A stretch of 64,000 nt of DNA from Thermoproteota archaeon (GTDB taxonomy: Archaea; Thermoproteota; EX4484-205; JAAOZP01): contig JAWCDE010000003.1 in assembly GCA_038861395.1 (NCBI GenBank), forward strand, positions 3,536 through 67,535, read 5' to 3'. Of this stretch, positions 1 to 11,349 are shown in pieces (positions within the stretch are counted from its first letter, which is position 1; the number at the start of each line of letters is the position of its first letter). A model generated the notes under the pieces. The model saw only the letters and a program-made list of their open reading frames with translations, was not told the DNA's origin and made no database searches. The position numbers and the translations under genes were made by a program.

Positions 1-519
1 AATTTCTACATTGTTTAACCCCATTGAATGTATATTTTTCCTTAAGGTAGTAATCTTTGGAAGGGTTTCAGGCATAAATTCTTGAGCTCCAAAGCCAGGG
101 TTAACAGTCATGACTAACACTATGTCAACTAAGTTAAGCAAGCCGGTAACAGCCTCCACTCCAGTAGCAGGGTTAAGCGAGACCCCTGGTTTTAAATCTA
201 ATTCCCTTATTCTTTTAATCAGATTGAAAGGATGTCGCGTGGATTCTACGTGAATAGTTATTATGTCTGCCCCTGCTTTAGCCATCTCCTCAATAAACCA
301 CTCCGGCTTATCTACCATTAAGTGAGTTTCTAACGGCAGTTTCGTTTCCTTTCTAATGCACTTAACAACAGGAGGCCCTATCGTCATGTTAGGAACGAAG
401 TGGGCGTCCATTACATCAACATGTATAAGGTCAACTCCTGCAGACTCCACCTTCTTAATTTCATCCGCCAGCCTCGCGAAATCTGCAGATAAAATGGACG
501 GGGCGATTTTAATTTTCAT
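1..519 (-). CDS. rpe: ribulose-phosphate 3-epimerase, partial (C-terminus runs off window start)
   Basis: Minus-strand translation from ATG (complement of cat at 517-519) reads MKIKIAPSILSADFARLADEIKKVESAGVDLIHVDVMDAHFVPNMTIGPPVV..., the canonical Rpe N-terminus and metal-binding motif. The ORF is open to position 1. Confidence 0.85.
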   Translation of the reverse strand, partial: MKIKIAPSILSADFARLADEIKKVESAGVDLIHVDVMDAHFVPNMTIGPPVVKCIRKETKLPLETHLMVDKPEWFIEEMAKAGADIITIHVESTRHPFNLIKRIRELDLKPGVSLNPATGVEAVTGLLNLVDIVLVMTVNPGFGAQEFMPETLPKITTLRKNIHSMGLNNVEI

Positions 520-649
520 CCTCAACTCCCATTCCTTCGGGTCTTTAGATTAAAAACAGGCTAATATACTTATCCTATTAATTTCAGACTATTGAACAAC
601 AGTATTTAACCGTATTTTAAAAATACTTATACGGATGAAAGCACTAGGC

Positions 650-1831
650 TTAATTTAAAGCAACATCTGAAAGTTTTTCTGAAAGATATTCCTGAGGCTG
701 TTCTCCGACTTTTTCACGAAGAAATAAAATCTTATTAGCGAGTATTTTAAAAAGCTCTTCAAAACCCCTCCTCTTCTCTGCAGAAATCATACAATAATCT
801 AGGTCATGTATTAAAGAATGGAGTCTTCCAATCCTTGGTTCAGCATCGCCAAAATTCTCAATAAGGTCGCATTTGTTAAATACGACCATCATTCTTCTTC
901 TCTCAATACCTAGGGCATTAAGACAGTCTAAACATGTTTTTACTTTAAGAAACATCAACTCGGGAGGATCGCTGATGTCGACGGTAATAATCACGATGTC
1001 GGAGAATTTAATATCGTCTAAGGTTAAGCTAAAAGATTCGATTAGTCTCGGATCCAGATCCATTACAAAACCTATTGTATCAACAAGGAATATTTTGAGA
1101 TTTCCGTAAGGAAGTAAATAATACTTGCTTGTGAGTGTTGTGAATGGCCTCGGACCCACCGGCTTCCTAAGGTTTGTTAATGCATTGAATAGTGATGTCT
1201 TACCAGCATTGTAATAACCAGTTATGCAAACAGTCGGAATACCTGTTTTTCTTCTCCTTTCAAGCTGTATTAGTTTCTCCCTCCGCATCTTCCCTATTTC
1301 CTTTTCCAGTATCGATTTTCTTTTTAACAGGTTTGCAACAGTTTCGTGATAAGCGTATTCTCCGAGGCTTCGAGGACCAGGGTGCTCTCTACCAGTTTTA
1401 AACCTAATAGAAGCAAGAAGCTTCTGATACGGTATCTCTTTTAAAAGTCTTGCAAGCCTTATTTGGATTTTTGAAGCTTTGTCGGAAGAGGATATTTCAA
1501 ATATTTTAAGAGTCAAATCATATCTGTCAAACACTTCAATATTAAGAGCTCTTTCCAAGTTATACTTTTGCTTGCTCGTCAGCACATTGTAAAAAATAAG
1601 GGCGTCAACATTGTTCTCAGCAACATGTCGCCTGATCTCTTCAAGTTTACCCTTCCCTACTACGAACGAAACGTTCTCCTTCTTATTGACCTGTATTGTT
1701 AAACCCACAACACGATAACCGGCGGCTTGGCTCAATTCCTTAAGCTCCATTATTCTAATCTTGTATAAATGATGATCGTGGGGATTTGTTTTCACCATGC
1801 AGAGCCAAGCCTTTAACCCTTCAGGACCCAC
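650..1831 (-). CDS. hflX: GTPase HflX
   Basis: 393-aa ORF with G1 motif GYYNAGKTSLFNALT, G3 motif DTIGFV and NKCD, plus an HflX-type N-terminal domain. The true start may be an internal Met. Confidence 0.85.
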   Translation of the reverse strand: MGPEGLKAWLCMVKTNPHDHHLYKIRIMELKELSQAAGYRVVGLTIQVNKKENVSFVVGKGKLEEIRRHVAENNVDALIFYNVLTSKQKYNLERALNIEVFDRYDLTLKIFEISSSDKASKIQIRLARLLKEIPYQKLLASIRFKTGREHPGPRSLGEYAYHETVANLLKRKSILEKEIGKMRREKLIQLERRRKTGIPTVCITGYYNAGKTSLFNALTNLRKPVGPRPFTTLTSKYYLLPYGNLKIFLVDTIGFVMDLDPRLIESFSLTLDDIKFSDIVIITVDISDPPELMFLKVKTCLDCLNALGIERRRMMVVFNKCDLIENFGDAEPRIGRLHSLIHDLDYCMISAEKRRGFEELFKILANKILFLREKVGEQPQEYLSEKLSDVALN

Positions 1832-1917
1832 TACCCATTTTTCCTATATTCCCTACTTAATAAAGCTTGATCTTTAAAAGACGAGAACTAGGGAGTTTAA
1901 ATGCATACTGCTTTTTT

Positions 1918-2904
1918 CTATTCCACTTCTATCCTATCCGCCGGATGAGGTGTTGAATATTCCATTAGGGTGAGGTTTTCTAAAGCTGTTATGCTGTGTT
2001 TCTGTCCTGGCCGTATTCTTAAAACATCCCCTTCTTTAACCTGGATTTCTTTATCATCCAGTAGTATTCTTCCCTTGCCTGATACTACATGTATAGATTC
2101 ATCTTTCTCCCTGTGCACATATATGGGAGTGCTAAAGTCTCCCATTATGTATACCCTTCGAACCATGTATTTTTCAGTAAGTACTATCGTTTTCACGAAA
2201 CCCCATGGCATATCTTCCCTATTCAGGAATTCTGACCTAACTGTCTCTAAGTCCTTATGAGAATCTACAGAATACCAGAGGGCGTCTTTTTCAAAATAGT
2301 ATTTTAACAATCCTTCTTTAGCCAATAAGGGGAAAATTAGTTTTTCAGCATCGCCACTCTTAAATGCTAGAAATCTGTCTTTGAGCTTTTTGCTTATTAC
2401 ATATATTCCTGCATTTATGTAATACGGTAATTCTGGTTTCTCCTCGAAGCCGATTATCTTGCTCTCTGAAATATTAACAATGCCGTAAGGAGATTTAAGT
2501 CTTGTAACAGCCATGCTCACAGTATTTTCTTCAGCATTCTTCAACATTCTTAAAAGATTGATATCTGTGACAATATCTCCATTCATAACGAGATAGAAGT
2601 CTGATTCAATATTTCCAAGCAGATTGTTTATAGCATAAATAGTCCCTCCCGGTTCTTCTTCAACAAAATAGTGTATTCTTAACCCATTCCACTCCTCCCC
2701 ATATCTCTCCTTAATCTTTTCATAAAGGTAACCAGCTAAAAGATAAACATCTTTAATTCCTACGTTTTTTAACTGGTTTAACTGTCTGTCCATTATCGTA
2801 TACCCGTTGCTTATCTCTAGCAATACTTTAGGAAGAACGTTTGTTAAGGGCCATAGTCTCTTACTATATCCTCCACACAGTATTCCGCCAACAATACTGT
2901 TCAT
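1918..2904 (-). CDS. sugar-1-phosphate nucleotidyltransferase (mannose-1-P guanylyltransferase-like) with C-terminal cupin domain
   Basis: N-terminal GGYSKRLWPLT (GGxGxRLxPLT nucleotidyltransferase motif). The C-terminal beta-helix/cupin segment is IHVVSGKGRILLDDKEIQVKEGDVLRIRPGQKHSI. Confidence 0.75.
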   Translation of the reverse strand: MNSIVGGILCGGYSKRLWPLTNVLPKVLLEISNGYTIMDRQLNQLKNVGIKDVYLLAGYLYEKIKERYGEEWNGLRIHYFVEEEPGGTIYAINNLLGNIESDFYLVMNGDIVTDINLLRMLKNAEENTVSMAVTRLKSPYGIVNISESKIIGFEEKPELPYYINAGIYVISKKLKDRFLAFKSGDAEKLIFPLLAKEGLLKYYFEKDALWYSVDSHKDLETVRSEFLNREDMPWGFVKTIVLTEKYMVRRVYIMGDFSTPIYVHREKDESIHVVSGKGRILLDDKEIQVKEGDVLRIRPGQKHSITALENLTLMEYSTPHPADRIEVE

Positions 2905-2976
2905 AACACATTTCAGAATTTAACTTAGATGATAATAAATGTTTCTGAAAAGGTATAAAAAGATTTTAGGGAGCGC

Positions 2977-4008
<1,032 letters not shown>

Positions 4009-4055
4009 TCACAGAAAGGAATTTTAAAGGCATTTAAAAACTTTAGTTTTCCATT

Positions 4056-4949
4056 ATGGAAAAAGCTCGAAAAATTTTTATCCATAACATTCTCACTTCG
4101 ACAGGAATGGATGTTAAGAAGATAGTTGAAAAAAGGGTTATGGAAGAGATTAAAAAATACCCTCCTTTTAAGAGGGTTTTAATAGCTCTATCAGGCGGAA
4201 AGGATAGTGCAAGCCTTCTCCATATTATTAAGAACTTCGTGTCAGATAAGGATATTGTGTGTGCTCACTTAAACCTTGGAATAGATGGTTTTTCAGAGAA
4301 GTCTGAAAAGTTTGCCAGGATGCAGGCTGAGGAAAACGGTTTGGAACTCATAGTCTTCAACCTGAAGAAAGAACTCGGCTTCACTATTATGGATGCTAAA
4401 AAACTCTATCCAAAAATATGTAGCGTTTGTGGAGGTATTAAGAGGTATCTTTTGAACAAGATTGCATACGAATCTCGTATCGACATTATTCTGACAGCTC
4501 ACCATTTGGATGATTTTCTAGTAAGGATGCTGAAATCGACTTTGAACGCTAAAGTAGAAGAACTGGTAAGGTTCAAGCCTTATCTTCCTAGGAATGGTAA
4601 TCTAATTGCCAAAGGCAGGCCTTTTTGGAGGGTCTCGGAAAGCCTCATATCGAGATATGCTTCTTTTGAAAGCCTCTCATTCATTACTGAAAGATGCCCC
4701 ATTGGTGTGAAGAAGAATATTGAAAGGCTTAGAAAGGCAATTGATATTCTGGCAACGAATGAAAACCAGAAAAACATCTACTTACTTTCTCTAATGAGAA
4801 TCGCAGAAAGACTCGAGAAAACCGAGGTCAGTATGGGAAAGACGCAATTAAGGCCATGTTCTTCTTGTGGTTTCTTATCATCTAATGTTATATGCTCGTT
4901 CTGCACAAGGGTGAAAAAGATAAGAAGCTTTATTGAAGAAAGAAAATGA
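4056..4949 (+). CDS. PP-loop ATPase, TtuA/NcsA-family tRNA 2-thiolation protein
   Basis: PP-loop SGGKDS, a central CSVCGG zinc finger and a C-terminal CSSCGF...CSFC zinc ribbon. Confidence 0.7.
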   Translation: MEKARKIFIHNILTSTGMDVKKIVEKRVMEEIKKYPPFKRVLIALSGGKDSASLLHIIKNFVSDKDIVCAHLNLGIDGFSEKSEKFARMQAEENGLELIVFNLKKELGFTIMDAKKLYPKICSVCGGIKRYLLNKIAYESRIDIILTAHHLDDFLVRMLKSTLNAKVEELVRFKPYLPRNGNLIAKGRPFWRVSESLISRYASFESLSFITERCPIGVKKNIERLRKAIDILATNENQKNIYLLSLMRIAERLEKTEVSMGKTQLRPCSSCGFLSSNVICSFCTRVKKIRSFIEERK

Positions 4950-4956
4950 ATAAGGC

Positions 4957-6096
4957 TTACTTATTTAAAATCTCGTTATAAGTTTTCAAATATTCTTCGG
5001 CAACCCTGTCCCAGCTGTAATGGTTCTTCACGAATTCGTACGCTCTCTTCCTGATTCTTTCAGCATAGTTCTCATCTTCAAGAAGCTTGATTATAGCGCT
5101 GCTTAATTGCTCAACATTACCAGTTTCTACGAGGATCCCTGTTTCTCCATCCTTAACCACTTCAGAAGACCCTGGAATTTTAGAAGCAATTACGGGTAAA
5201 CCGCAAGCCATGGCCTCCAAAATTGTTAGAGGCATCCCTTCGGTCAGGGATGGACGTACGAAAATGTCACATTGACTCATCACTTCTGGAATGCTTGGAA
5301 CAATGCCTAGAAATTTGAAAGCATGCTCTACATTCAGCCTTTTAACCATATTTCTCAACTCCGCTTCCATTGGCCCTCTTCCAACAATTACAAATTCAAC
5401 ACGAGGATGTTTCGCTAGAACTATAGGTGCGGCTTTAACAAGATATTGAACACCTTTATTGGGAAACAAGCGACCAACGAAAATAATCTTCTCGACTCCA
5501 ATCCTCTTAAATTCTCTCCTTGGTTTAAACTCGTCTAGATCTACACCGTTAGGAATGACCTTTATCTTACTGCTGGCTGCACCTAAGCTGAAAGCGTGTT
5601 TCATTACTGAATTACTAACTGCTATTATCTTATCACTACTCTGAATAATCCACCTAGAAACTGTTTTCTCATATGTGTTGATTAAGAAGTCGAAGAATTT
5701 CCTATTCAGAAGCATCGGTCCTAAATGCAACGTGGTTACAAGCGGCTTACCCATTATTTTTTTCAACAAGGCACCGCAAATAGTCGTAGAAAAAAACCTA
5801 TTGTTAGCATGTATTACATCCGGCTTCTCTGATTTGCATATTTCTACTATTTTTAGCGGCAGGGAAAGTGAAACCGTTAATTGAACCCCAGTAGTCTCAG
5901 TTAAGCTTATTGGCTTATATCTATAAACCTTAATGCCCTCTAAAATCTCAAAACCTTTAGCCATAGCTGTGTTTAGCGTTGCAACTATTATGTCAACACC
6001 CATTCTTACAAGTCTCCTAGATACTTCGAAAACTACTTTTTCAACGCCTCCTCCTACATGCGGATGGAAATAATCTGTTAAAACTAGTATTTTCAA
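4957..6096 (-). CDS. glycosyltransferase family 4 (GT4, GT-B fold)
   Basis: 379-aa ORF starting MKILVLTDYFHPHVGGGVEKVV..., with the C-terminal EGMPLTILEAMACGLPVIAS motif typical of GT4 enzymes. Confidence 0.8.
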   Translation of the reverse strand: MKILVLTDYFHPHVGGGVEKVVFEVSRRLVRMGVDIIVATLNTAMAKGFEILEGIKVYRYKPISLTETTGVQLTVSLSLPLKIVEICKSEKPDVIHANNRFFSTTICGALLKKIMGKPLVTTLHLGPMLLNRKFFDFLINTYEKTVSRWIIQSSDKIIAVSNSVMKHAFSLGAASSKIKVIPNGVDLDEFKPRREFKRIGVEKIIFVGRLFPNKGVQYLVKAAPIVLAKHPRVEFVIVGRGPMEAELRNMVKRLNVEHAFKFLGIVPSIPEVMSQCDIFVRPSLTEGMPLTILEAMACGLPVIASKIPGSSEVVKDGETGILVETGNVEQLSSAIIKLLEDENYAERIRKRAYEFVKNHYSWDRVAEEYLKTYNEILNK

Positions 6097-6539
6097 CTTG
6101 AAATATTCCTAACCTGTTCTAACCCATAGCTCTCAAGTATCTTAGATAATGCTCTTTCATTAACATAAGGGGGGAGAGTACTGTGCAAGAGAATAAAACG
6201 AATAATGGATCCTATTCCCTTAGAAACTATCTTATTGAAAGCCCTCCAGGTTAATACGGATACTGCTAACATTCTTCTCTTATCCACCAGCAGTATCCTC
6301 CATTTTCGGCAAAACCTGGCGGCTTCTTTAATTACCTCGATCCTCTTGACGTGTGTTGCCTTAGCGTACATTCCTCTTCTAGATTTTATTCTTGCTCTTG
6401 AAAGAGCAACCACGAATATGAAATCCCTGTCTTCGGGATTGACCTTCCAGTATTTATCATGTTTGACAGCGTTAATCAGATCTTCCGCTTCCTTCCTCAT
6501 TAACGACCTGAATATGCTTCCTTTCAGACTGCTCGTCAT
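6093..6539 (-). CDS. hypothetical protein (co-transcribed with GT4)
   Basis: 148-aa basic ORF overlapping the GT4 start by 4 nt. I recognise no motif. Confidence 0.4.
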   Translation of the reverse strand: MTSSLKGSIFRSLMRKEAEDLINAVKHDKYWKVNPEDRDFIFVVALSRARIKSRRGMYAKATHVKRIEVIKEAARFCRKWRILLVDKRRMLAVSVLTWRAFNKIVSKGIGSIIRFILLHSTLPPYVNERALSKILESYGLEQVRNISS

Positions 6540-6558
6540 TTATCGAAACATAGAATAT

Positions 6559-7224
6559 TCATGGGCTTTCGATTTTGAATGTAAATATGCATACATCGTC
6601 GCCTTTAGCAACGCATCTTTCTTCCGACAAGGAGATCTTATTCGTCTTTAGAACTTTGCTGATAAAACCTTGGAAGATGCCTCTTACTAACATCTCTAAA
6701 ATTTCATGTAATTGATTATCCTTTGGAAAAGGAATGTTTTTAAACAATATTCTCCCGGAGGAAGTAGCGGGATCGAATTCAGTAAACACTTCTCCAAAAC
6801 CCCTCTCCTTCAAGGCTTTTCTAATAACTATAAAAGCCTCCTCTTTATTGGAAAGCGTTTTTTCATTGGCAATGCTTTGTCCAATTCCAATCCCGGCGTA
6901 GTTTAGAATTATTCCGGAACCAGTTCCAAAAACCCTATTAACCTCGCTTGCTAATCCAGCTATATCGCTTGCCTTAAAAACTATCTTCTTCTCAAACTCT
7001 TTCAAAGATTCTTTAGAGGGAAGCATACTTATGACATCCTCCCTAAGCTTTAATCCGTAATTTAGTATGACTCCCTCATCCATCATCCTTTTCACACGTC
7101 TTTCAACTTCTTCAATAGACACGTCGGCAACGTGAGCAATATCCTCATAAGACGCTTTGGGATTTAAGTTTAATGCTGCAAGTATTTTCAAATCTGTTTC
7201 ATCAAGCGTTGCCAAGGCTTTCAT
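6559..7224 (-). CDS. Lrp/AsnC-type HTH regulator fused to a V4R (4-vinyl reductase-like) ligand-binding domain
   Basis: N-terminal DLKILAALNLNPKASYEDIAHVADVSIEEVERRVKRMMDEGVI (AsnC-type HTH). The C-terminus ends CVAKGDDVCIFTFKI, matching the V4R Cys-x2-KGD-x2-C-x-F signature. Confidence 0.65.
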   Translation of the reverse strand: MKALATLDETDLKILAALNLNPKASYEDIAHVADVSIEEVERRVKRMMDEGVILNYGLKLREDVISMLPSKESLKEFEKKIVFKASDIAGLASEVNRVFGTGSGIILNYAGIGIGQSIANEKTLSNKEEAFIVIRKALKERGFGEVFTEFDPATSSGRILFKNIPFPKDNQLHEILEMLVRGIFQGFISKVLKTNKISLSEERCVAKGDDVCIFTFKIESP

Positions 7225-8444
7225 CCTCCGGTATGAGGCTGCAGCTCTACTACTCTGATTTTATAAAATTCGGCCAGTTCCCTTGCATCTCTTGTAAGCC
7301 TTGGCTTAACTATCAGCGTAGAATCCTTAATCATGTCTGCAACATCATTCCTTTTAGTGTAGAATCTTACTACTGGGGCGACTGTAATACTAGATATGTC
7401 GAAAATGATATCGCATACTATCGGCTTATCTTCACCAAAGACGCCTATGTCGAATTCGTGAGTTATCCCAGAGTTTCCCGTGATTTTAAAATTCTCTTCA
7501 ACCCTTAAACCTATCATTGAAAGGTTTTCTATAAATTGCTTTCTGAAGGCGATACGTTCTTCCTCGTTCTTCTTCATCTCCTGCTCTACAGAAAGAGGCT
7601 TGACAACAACCTCCTCCGGTTGAATCATCCCATTGAACAATTTTTTAAGGGATTGTACAAGCGCATTGCTATTTGTCCAAAGTGCAGTAGCCTCCTTTCT
7701 CTCCATCCTGCTGCTTCCAGGAGGTTTGGTAAACAAGAGGAGTTGCTTGTTGTCGACTATTACAAAATAGGGTGCCGAAAGCCCTGGTGCCGCTACCTCC
7801 ATTATTTCAGCATACTTCTTAAGGTAAGATATTATGCTTGAAGCCCTAGATATTCCGTGAGTGAGTATTTGCACACGAACGTTCTTCCTATTAAGATCTC
7901 TAACTTTGTATAATACTCCAGCATTGTATGCTCTTACGAGGTCTGCTCCAAAGGCTACGATATTAACCTCTTCCTTAGCTCCACTTAACATGTCTGAAAA
8001 CCTAGCATATATCTGCTCCATGCCTTTAAGAAGCTGAAGCTTCTCCCTCTCTTCTAATACTGAGGGTACTTGTACTGTTTTCCAAATTTCTAGTAATTCC
8101 TCCTTACTCTTTTCCATAGCCATAACTTTCCTCCTCTCCGCATCGATCAAAATATCCAGGGCTTTCTCGAAGCCTACCGCAGAAAACTTAGCAGGGCGAT
8201 CTAGACTCGCCTCTATAATACCCTTGTTCTGAAGACTAGTCAAAATATTGTAAACCTCTGTCCTGGAAATTCCCAGTGAACGCCCTATTTCGCTTGCAGT
8301 TATTGGTCCAAGCTTTAGAAGTTGTATGAAGACCTTGGCCTCATTGGGAGTTAAACCATATTCGCCCAGCTCTTCAAAAAGTTTTTCAAAACCTCTTAGA
8401 CTTTTATCAAAAAATGTTTCTCCCTTCTCCATACTGTCTGTCAT
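7221..8444 (-). CDS. TrmB-family transcriptional regulator
   Basis: Winged-helix domain LTPNEAKVFIQLLKLGPITASEIGRSLGISRTEVYNILTSLQNKGIIE followed by a long TrmB-like C-terminal domain. The ORF track extends to 8561; I chose an internal Met (complement of cat at 8442-8444) so it does not overlap the divergent gene. Confidence 0.7.
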   Translation of the reverse strand: MTDSMEKGETFFDKSLRGFEKLFEELGEYGLTPNEAKVFIQLLKLGPITASEIGRSLGISRTEVYNILTSLQNKGIIEASLDRPAKFSAVGFEKALDILIDAERRKVMAMEKSKEELLEIWKTVQVPSVLEEREKLQLLKGMEQIYARFSDMLSGAKEEVNIVAFGADLVRAYNAGVLYKVRDLNRKNVRVQILTHGISRASSIISYLKKYAEIMEVAAPGLSAPYFVIVDNKQLLLFTKPPGSSRMERKEATALWTNSNALVQSLKKLFNGMIQPEEVVVKPLSVEQEMKKNEEERIAFRKQFIENLSMIGLRVEENFKITGNSGITHEFDIGVFGEDKPIVCDIIFDISSITVAPVVRFYTKRNDVADMIKDSTLIVKPRLTRDARELAEFYKIRVVELQPHTGG

Positions 8445-8553
8445 TATTACAACATACTTGTCAGAGTTATTAATTAACTTTTTGGATACGCGTCTAATAT
8501 AGACACGTAGAGTATTTTGGAACTCCATTGAAAAAAGAGCACAAGCCTTAAGT

Positions 8554-9345
8554 ATGAACAATCCCCACCTAGTTAAAATGCTTGGCCTAATCTTGGCCGC
8601 TGGAAAGGGAACTAGGATGCGCCCCTATTCCAATGCAATAAACAAAGAAATGTCATTAATAGGAGAAAGCCCAGTTATAGAGTATAGTGTAAGGGCTCTT
8701 GCAAACGCGGGCGTGAAAAAGGTTTTCATAGTACTCGGGGAGGGGAAGTGGCAAGTACTGGAATATTTGAGGGATGGGAATAGGTTTAACATTTCTATTT
8801 CTTATCTTTATCAAGATATGGGTGAAAAAGGGGAGAACAAAGGCACTGCCAAAGCTATTCAAACAGCTGAAAACTGGATAGAAGAAGATTTTATAGCGAT
8901 CTACGGCGATTCGTTTTTCCATCCTTATGATTTCTTGAAGAGCGAAATCGAGTTCCACTTAAAGGAAGAGGCTGACGTAACCATGGGGGTTTACATGATG
9001 AGGGATCATAAGGATTACGGTGTTGTAGAAGTTAGTAACGATCGGGTTGTAAATATTCTTGAGAAAGCTGCTAAGGAAGATGTTGAGAAGGTTAGAGTAG
9101 ACGACATGTTCGCCGTCAACTCTGGTCCTATAATCTTTACAAAAGAAGTTTTCTACTATATAAAGAAGACGAAGGCTTCCCCTTCAGGAGAATACTGGAT
9201 AACGGATACAATAAAGCTCATGATTGAAGATGGAAAGAAGGTGGTTGCCTATAGGATACCTAAGGAAGTTTTCTGGAGGGACATTGGAAGAATGGAGCAT
9301 AGGATAGAAGCAGAAGCATATCTCTTAAAGAAAATTAACCTTTAA
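8554..9345 (+). CDS. sugar-1-phosphate nucleotidyltransferase (glucose-1-P thymidylyl/uridylyltransferase-like)
   Basis: LILAAGKGTRMRPYS (GxGTRxxP) nucleotidyltransferase signature. The start may be Met9 at 8578. Confidence 0.75.
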   Translation: MNNPHLVKMLGLILAAGKGTRMRPYSNAINKEMSLIGESPVIEYSVRALANAGVKKVFIVLGEGKWQVLEYLRDGNRFNISISYLYQDMGEKGENKGTAKAIQTAENWIEEDFIAIYGDSFFHPYDFLKSEIEFHLKEEADVTMGVYMMRDHKDYGVVEVSNDRVVNILEKAAKEDVEKVRVDDMFAVNSGPIIFTKEVFYYIKKTKASPSGEYWITDTIKLMIEDGKKVVAYRIPKEVFWRDIGRMEHRIEAEAYLLKKINL

Positions 9346-10310
9346 CTCTGGTTTGTCAATGATTTTTCGACAGCATCTTGAATAAGGCTTAAAGCATCTT
9401 TTAGACTAAGATCCGTCTTGAATTGAATACCGCCTATGTTCTCTCTTCCTCCTGCCTCAATTTCTTCTCTTTCTCTAAGCTTTTCGTAAACCTTGTTCAG
9501 ATTAAGGCTTGAACGCGTAGCTATTGTGGCTGACACTGGCTTTCCTTTTCTCAACCCTACGCAAAGGATTACCCCTCTCGTGCTTTCTTCAAGCCTCAGC
9601 ATCAAGACCCTTCTTGCTGCCGATTCTACTTGATCCGTAACATTATAAGTAAAATATGTGATATTGCCGGTAGTCTTTACGGATTCTTTCATCTTTTCAA
9701 TAGCGTCTTCCACAATGCTCCATTTGCTAAGCTCTTTATTAACCCAATTAAAGAGACTGTCCCAATCCATTCTGTATATGGTCAGAGTGAGTTCTTCTCT
9801 AACCTTCTCTTTCATACTGTTTAAGAGGAATGCTTTATTCAAACTATCTGCTATTTCAGATTCTATGTTTCCTGAATCTATTTGATCAATTGCATCTAAC
9901 AATCTTAACCCGTCTTCATCGATTTTAAAATCCTCTTCAAAAACATGATAGACCAGTCTGGAAACGCTCTTAAACCCGCTGTCGAATACTGCTTCATTTA
10001 TTTTTGTCGCACCATTATAAAGCACTATTGAAGGAGAAGACTCGTGATGGTCTATCAGAACGTTATTACCTACGTATGTTAATCCCTTTGTCATGGGAAG
10101 CTCTATTAGTATACTCTTCATTACCCTAAGCGAACTTATTTCGCTATGCTTAGGATACTGTATTCTTGAAATATCGGTTTTTAAAACCCTTGCCAAGATT
10201 GCAGCAGTAAAGATTCCGTCGAGATCAGGGTCGCTCAGTATAGTGTATTCTGGGTGATCTTCTACAAATTGGAAGAGTATTTTCTTTCCCTCTTCGCGTT
10301 CAAAGCTCAA
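9342..10310 (-). CDS. DHH/DHHA1 family phosphoesterase (NrnA-like)
   Basis: Motif I SDPDLDG, motif III LIDHHE (DHH), and a DHHA1-like GGRENIGG near the C-terminus. Confidence 0.7.
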   Translation of the reverse strand: MSFEREEGKKILFQFVEDHPEYTILSDPDLDGIFTAAILARVLKTDISRIQYPKHSEISSLRVMKSILIELPMTKGLTYVGNNVLIDHHESSPSIVLYNGATKINEAVFDSGFKSVSRLVYHVFEEDFKIDEDGLRLLDAIDQIDSGNIESEIADSLNKAFLLNSMKEKVREELTLTIYRMDWDSLFNWVNKELSKWSIVEDAIEKMKESVKTTGNITYFTYNVTDQVESAARRVLMLRLEESTRGVILCVGLRKGKPVSATIATRSSLNLNKVYEKLREREEIEAGGRENIGGIQFKTDLSLKDALSLIQDAVEKSLTNQS

Positions 10311-10447
10311 GCCATCGTCACTTTATATTCTAAAGGGTCTTTCCAGCAACTATATTTAAACTATTTTGTTAACCCCGTTAACTCTAAATTTATTGGGTTG
10401 GAAAAGAGTATTTGAGGAAGCTCCTATTAGCCACGGTTTTAAATCTT

Positions 10448-11299
10448 TCAAGATGATTTCAGAACTCCCAGAAGCAAAATTACTATTCCCATAGTTAGAC
10501 AATAGTATGCAAATCTGTAAAAACTTTGTCTGGCTACATACTTTTTCAAAAGCCTTAAAACCAGAATGCTCACTACAGCGGTAATTACAACGCCGAAAAG
10601 AATATCTAAAAATTCCTTTTCAAAGGAAGCATCGTTAATTTTAAAAATGCACCCTCCTGTAATGCTTAAAACGGACAATAAGAGGGAAAACCTATATGCT
10701 TCGTCATGTTCTAAACCTGAGATTAGGGCTGTTGAAACCGTTATTCCCATTCTGGAAACACCGGGTATAATCGCAAACGCCTGTGCGAACCCTATTAGCA
10801 GTGCATTGGACGCGTTTAACTTACTCCTATGCTTAGAATATTTTGTCAAGTATAGGATTATGCCACTGATTAGCATTGCCACACCTGTTGAAAAAAGATT
10901 CGTGAAAATGTTTTCAAGAAAATCCTTCAGCAATAAGCTTAGTATTACAATAGGAATAGTGCCGAGCACTAAGTATTTTAATATCTTCCCTTCACTACTG
11001 GAAAAGTTTAGTTTAAAAAGTGTTTTAAACAGGGAATGTAGATCCTTCCTAGTGAAGAAGACTACCCCTATAAGAGAGCCTGCGTGAAGCACAATATCAA
11101 ACGCAACTGAAACCTTAATGTTAAGCAACTCTTGGAAGAAAACTAAGTGCCCCGAGCTCGAGATGGGAAACCATTCTGTTAAACCTTGGACAATGCTTAG
11201 AAAAAATACTTCAAGAATATTGTGTTGGAAAACGCTACTAATCAATAGATTGGAAACAACGAAGCATGTAATGAGTAGTTGATATCCAATGTTAAGCAT
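10448..11299 (-). CDS. uppP: undecaprenyl/dolichyl-diphosphate phosphatase (UppP/BacA family)
   Basis: GLTEWFPISSSGHLV signature and 8 predicted TM helices. Confidence 0.85.
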   Translation of the reverse strand: MLNIGYQLLITCFVVSNLLISSVFQHNILEVFFLSIVQGLTEWFPISSSGHLVFFQELLNIKVSVAFDIVLHAGSLIGVVFFTRKDLHSLFKTLFKLNFSSSEGKILKYLVLGTIPIVILSLLLKDFLENIFTNLFSTGVAMLISGIILYLTKYSKHRSKLNASNALLIGFAQAFAIIPGVSRMGITVSTALISGLEHDEAYRFSLLLSVLSITGGCIFKINDASFEKEFLDILFGVVITAVVSILVLRLLKKYVARQSFYRFAYYCLTMGIVILLLGVLKSS

Positions 11300-11349
11300 T
11301 GCCCTTTAATCTTCAACCTATTCTTAAAAAGTTTTTATGGGACATGAAT

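Noticed and set aside
8554-8561. Apparent head-to-head overlap of divergent genes
   Set aside because: The overlap comes from the ORF-track upstream extension of the TrmB-like gene. Using the internal Met at 8444 leaves a normal ~110-130 bp divergent promoter region.
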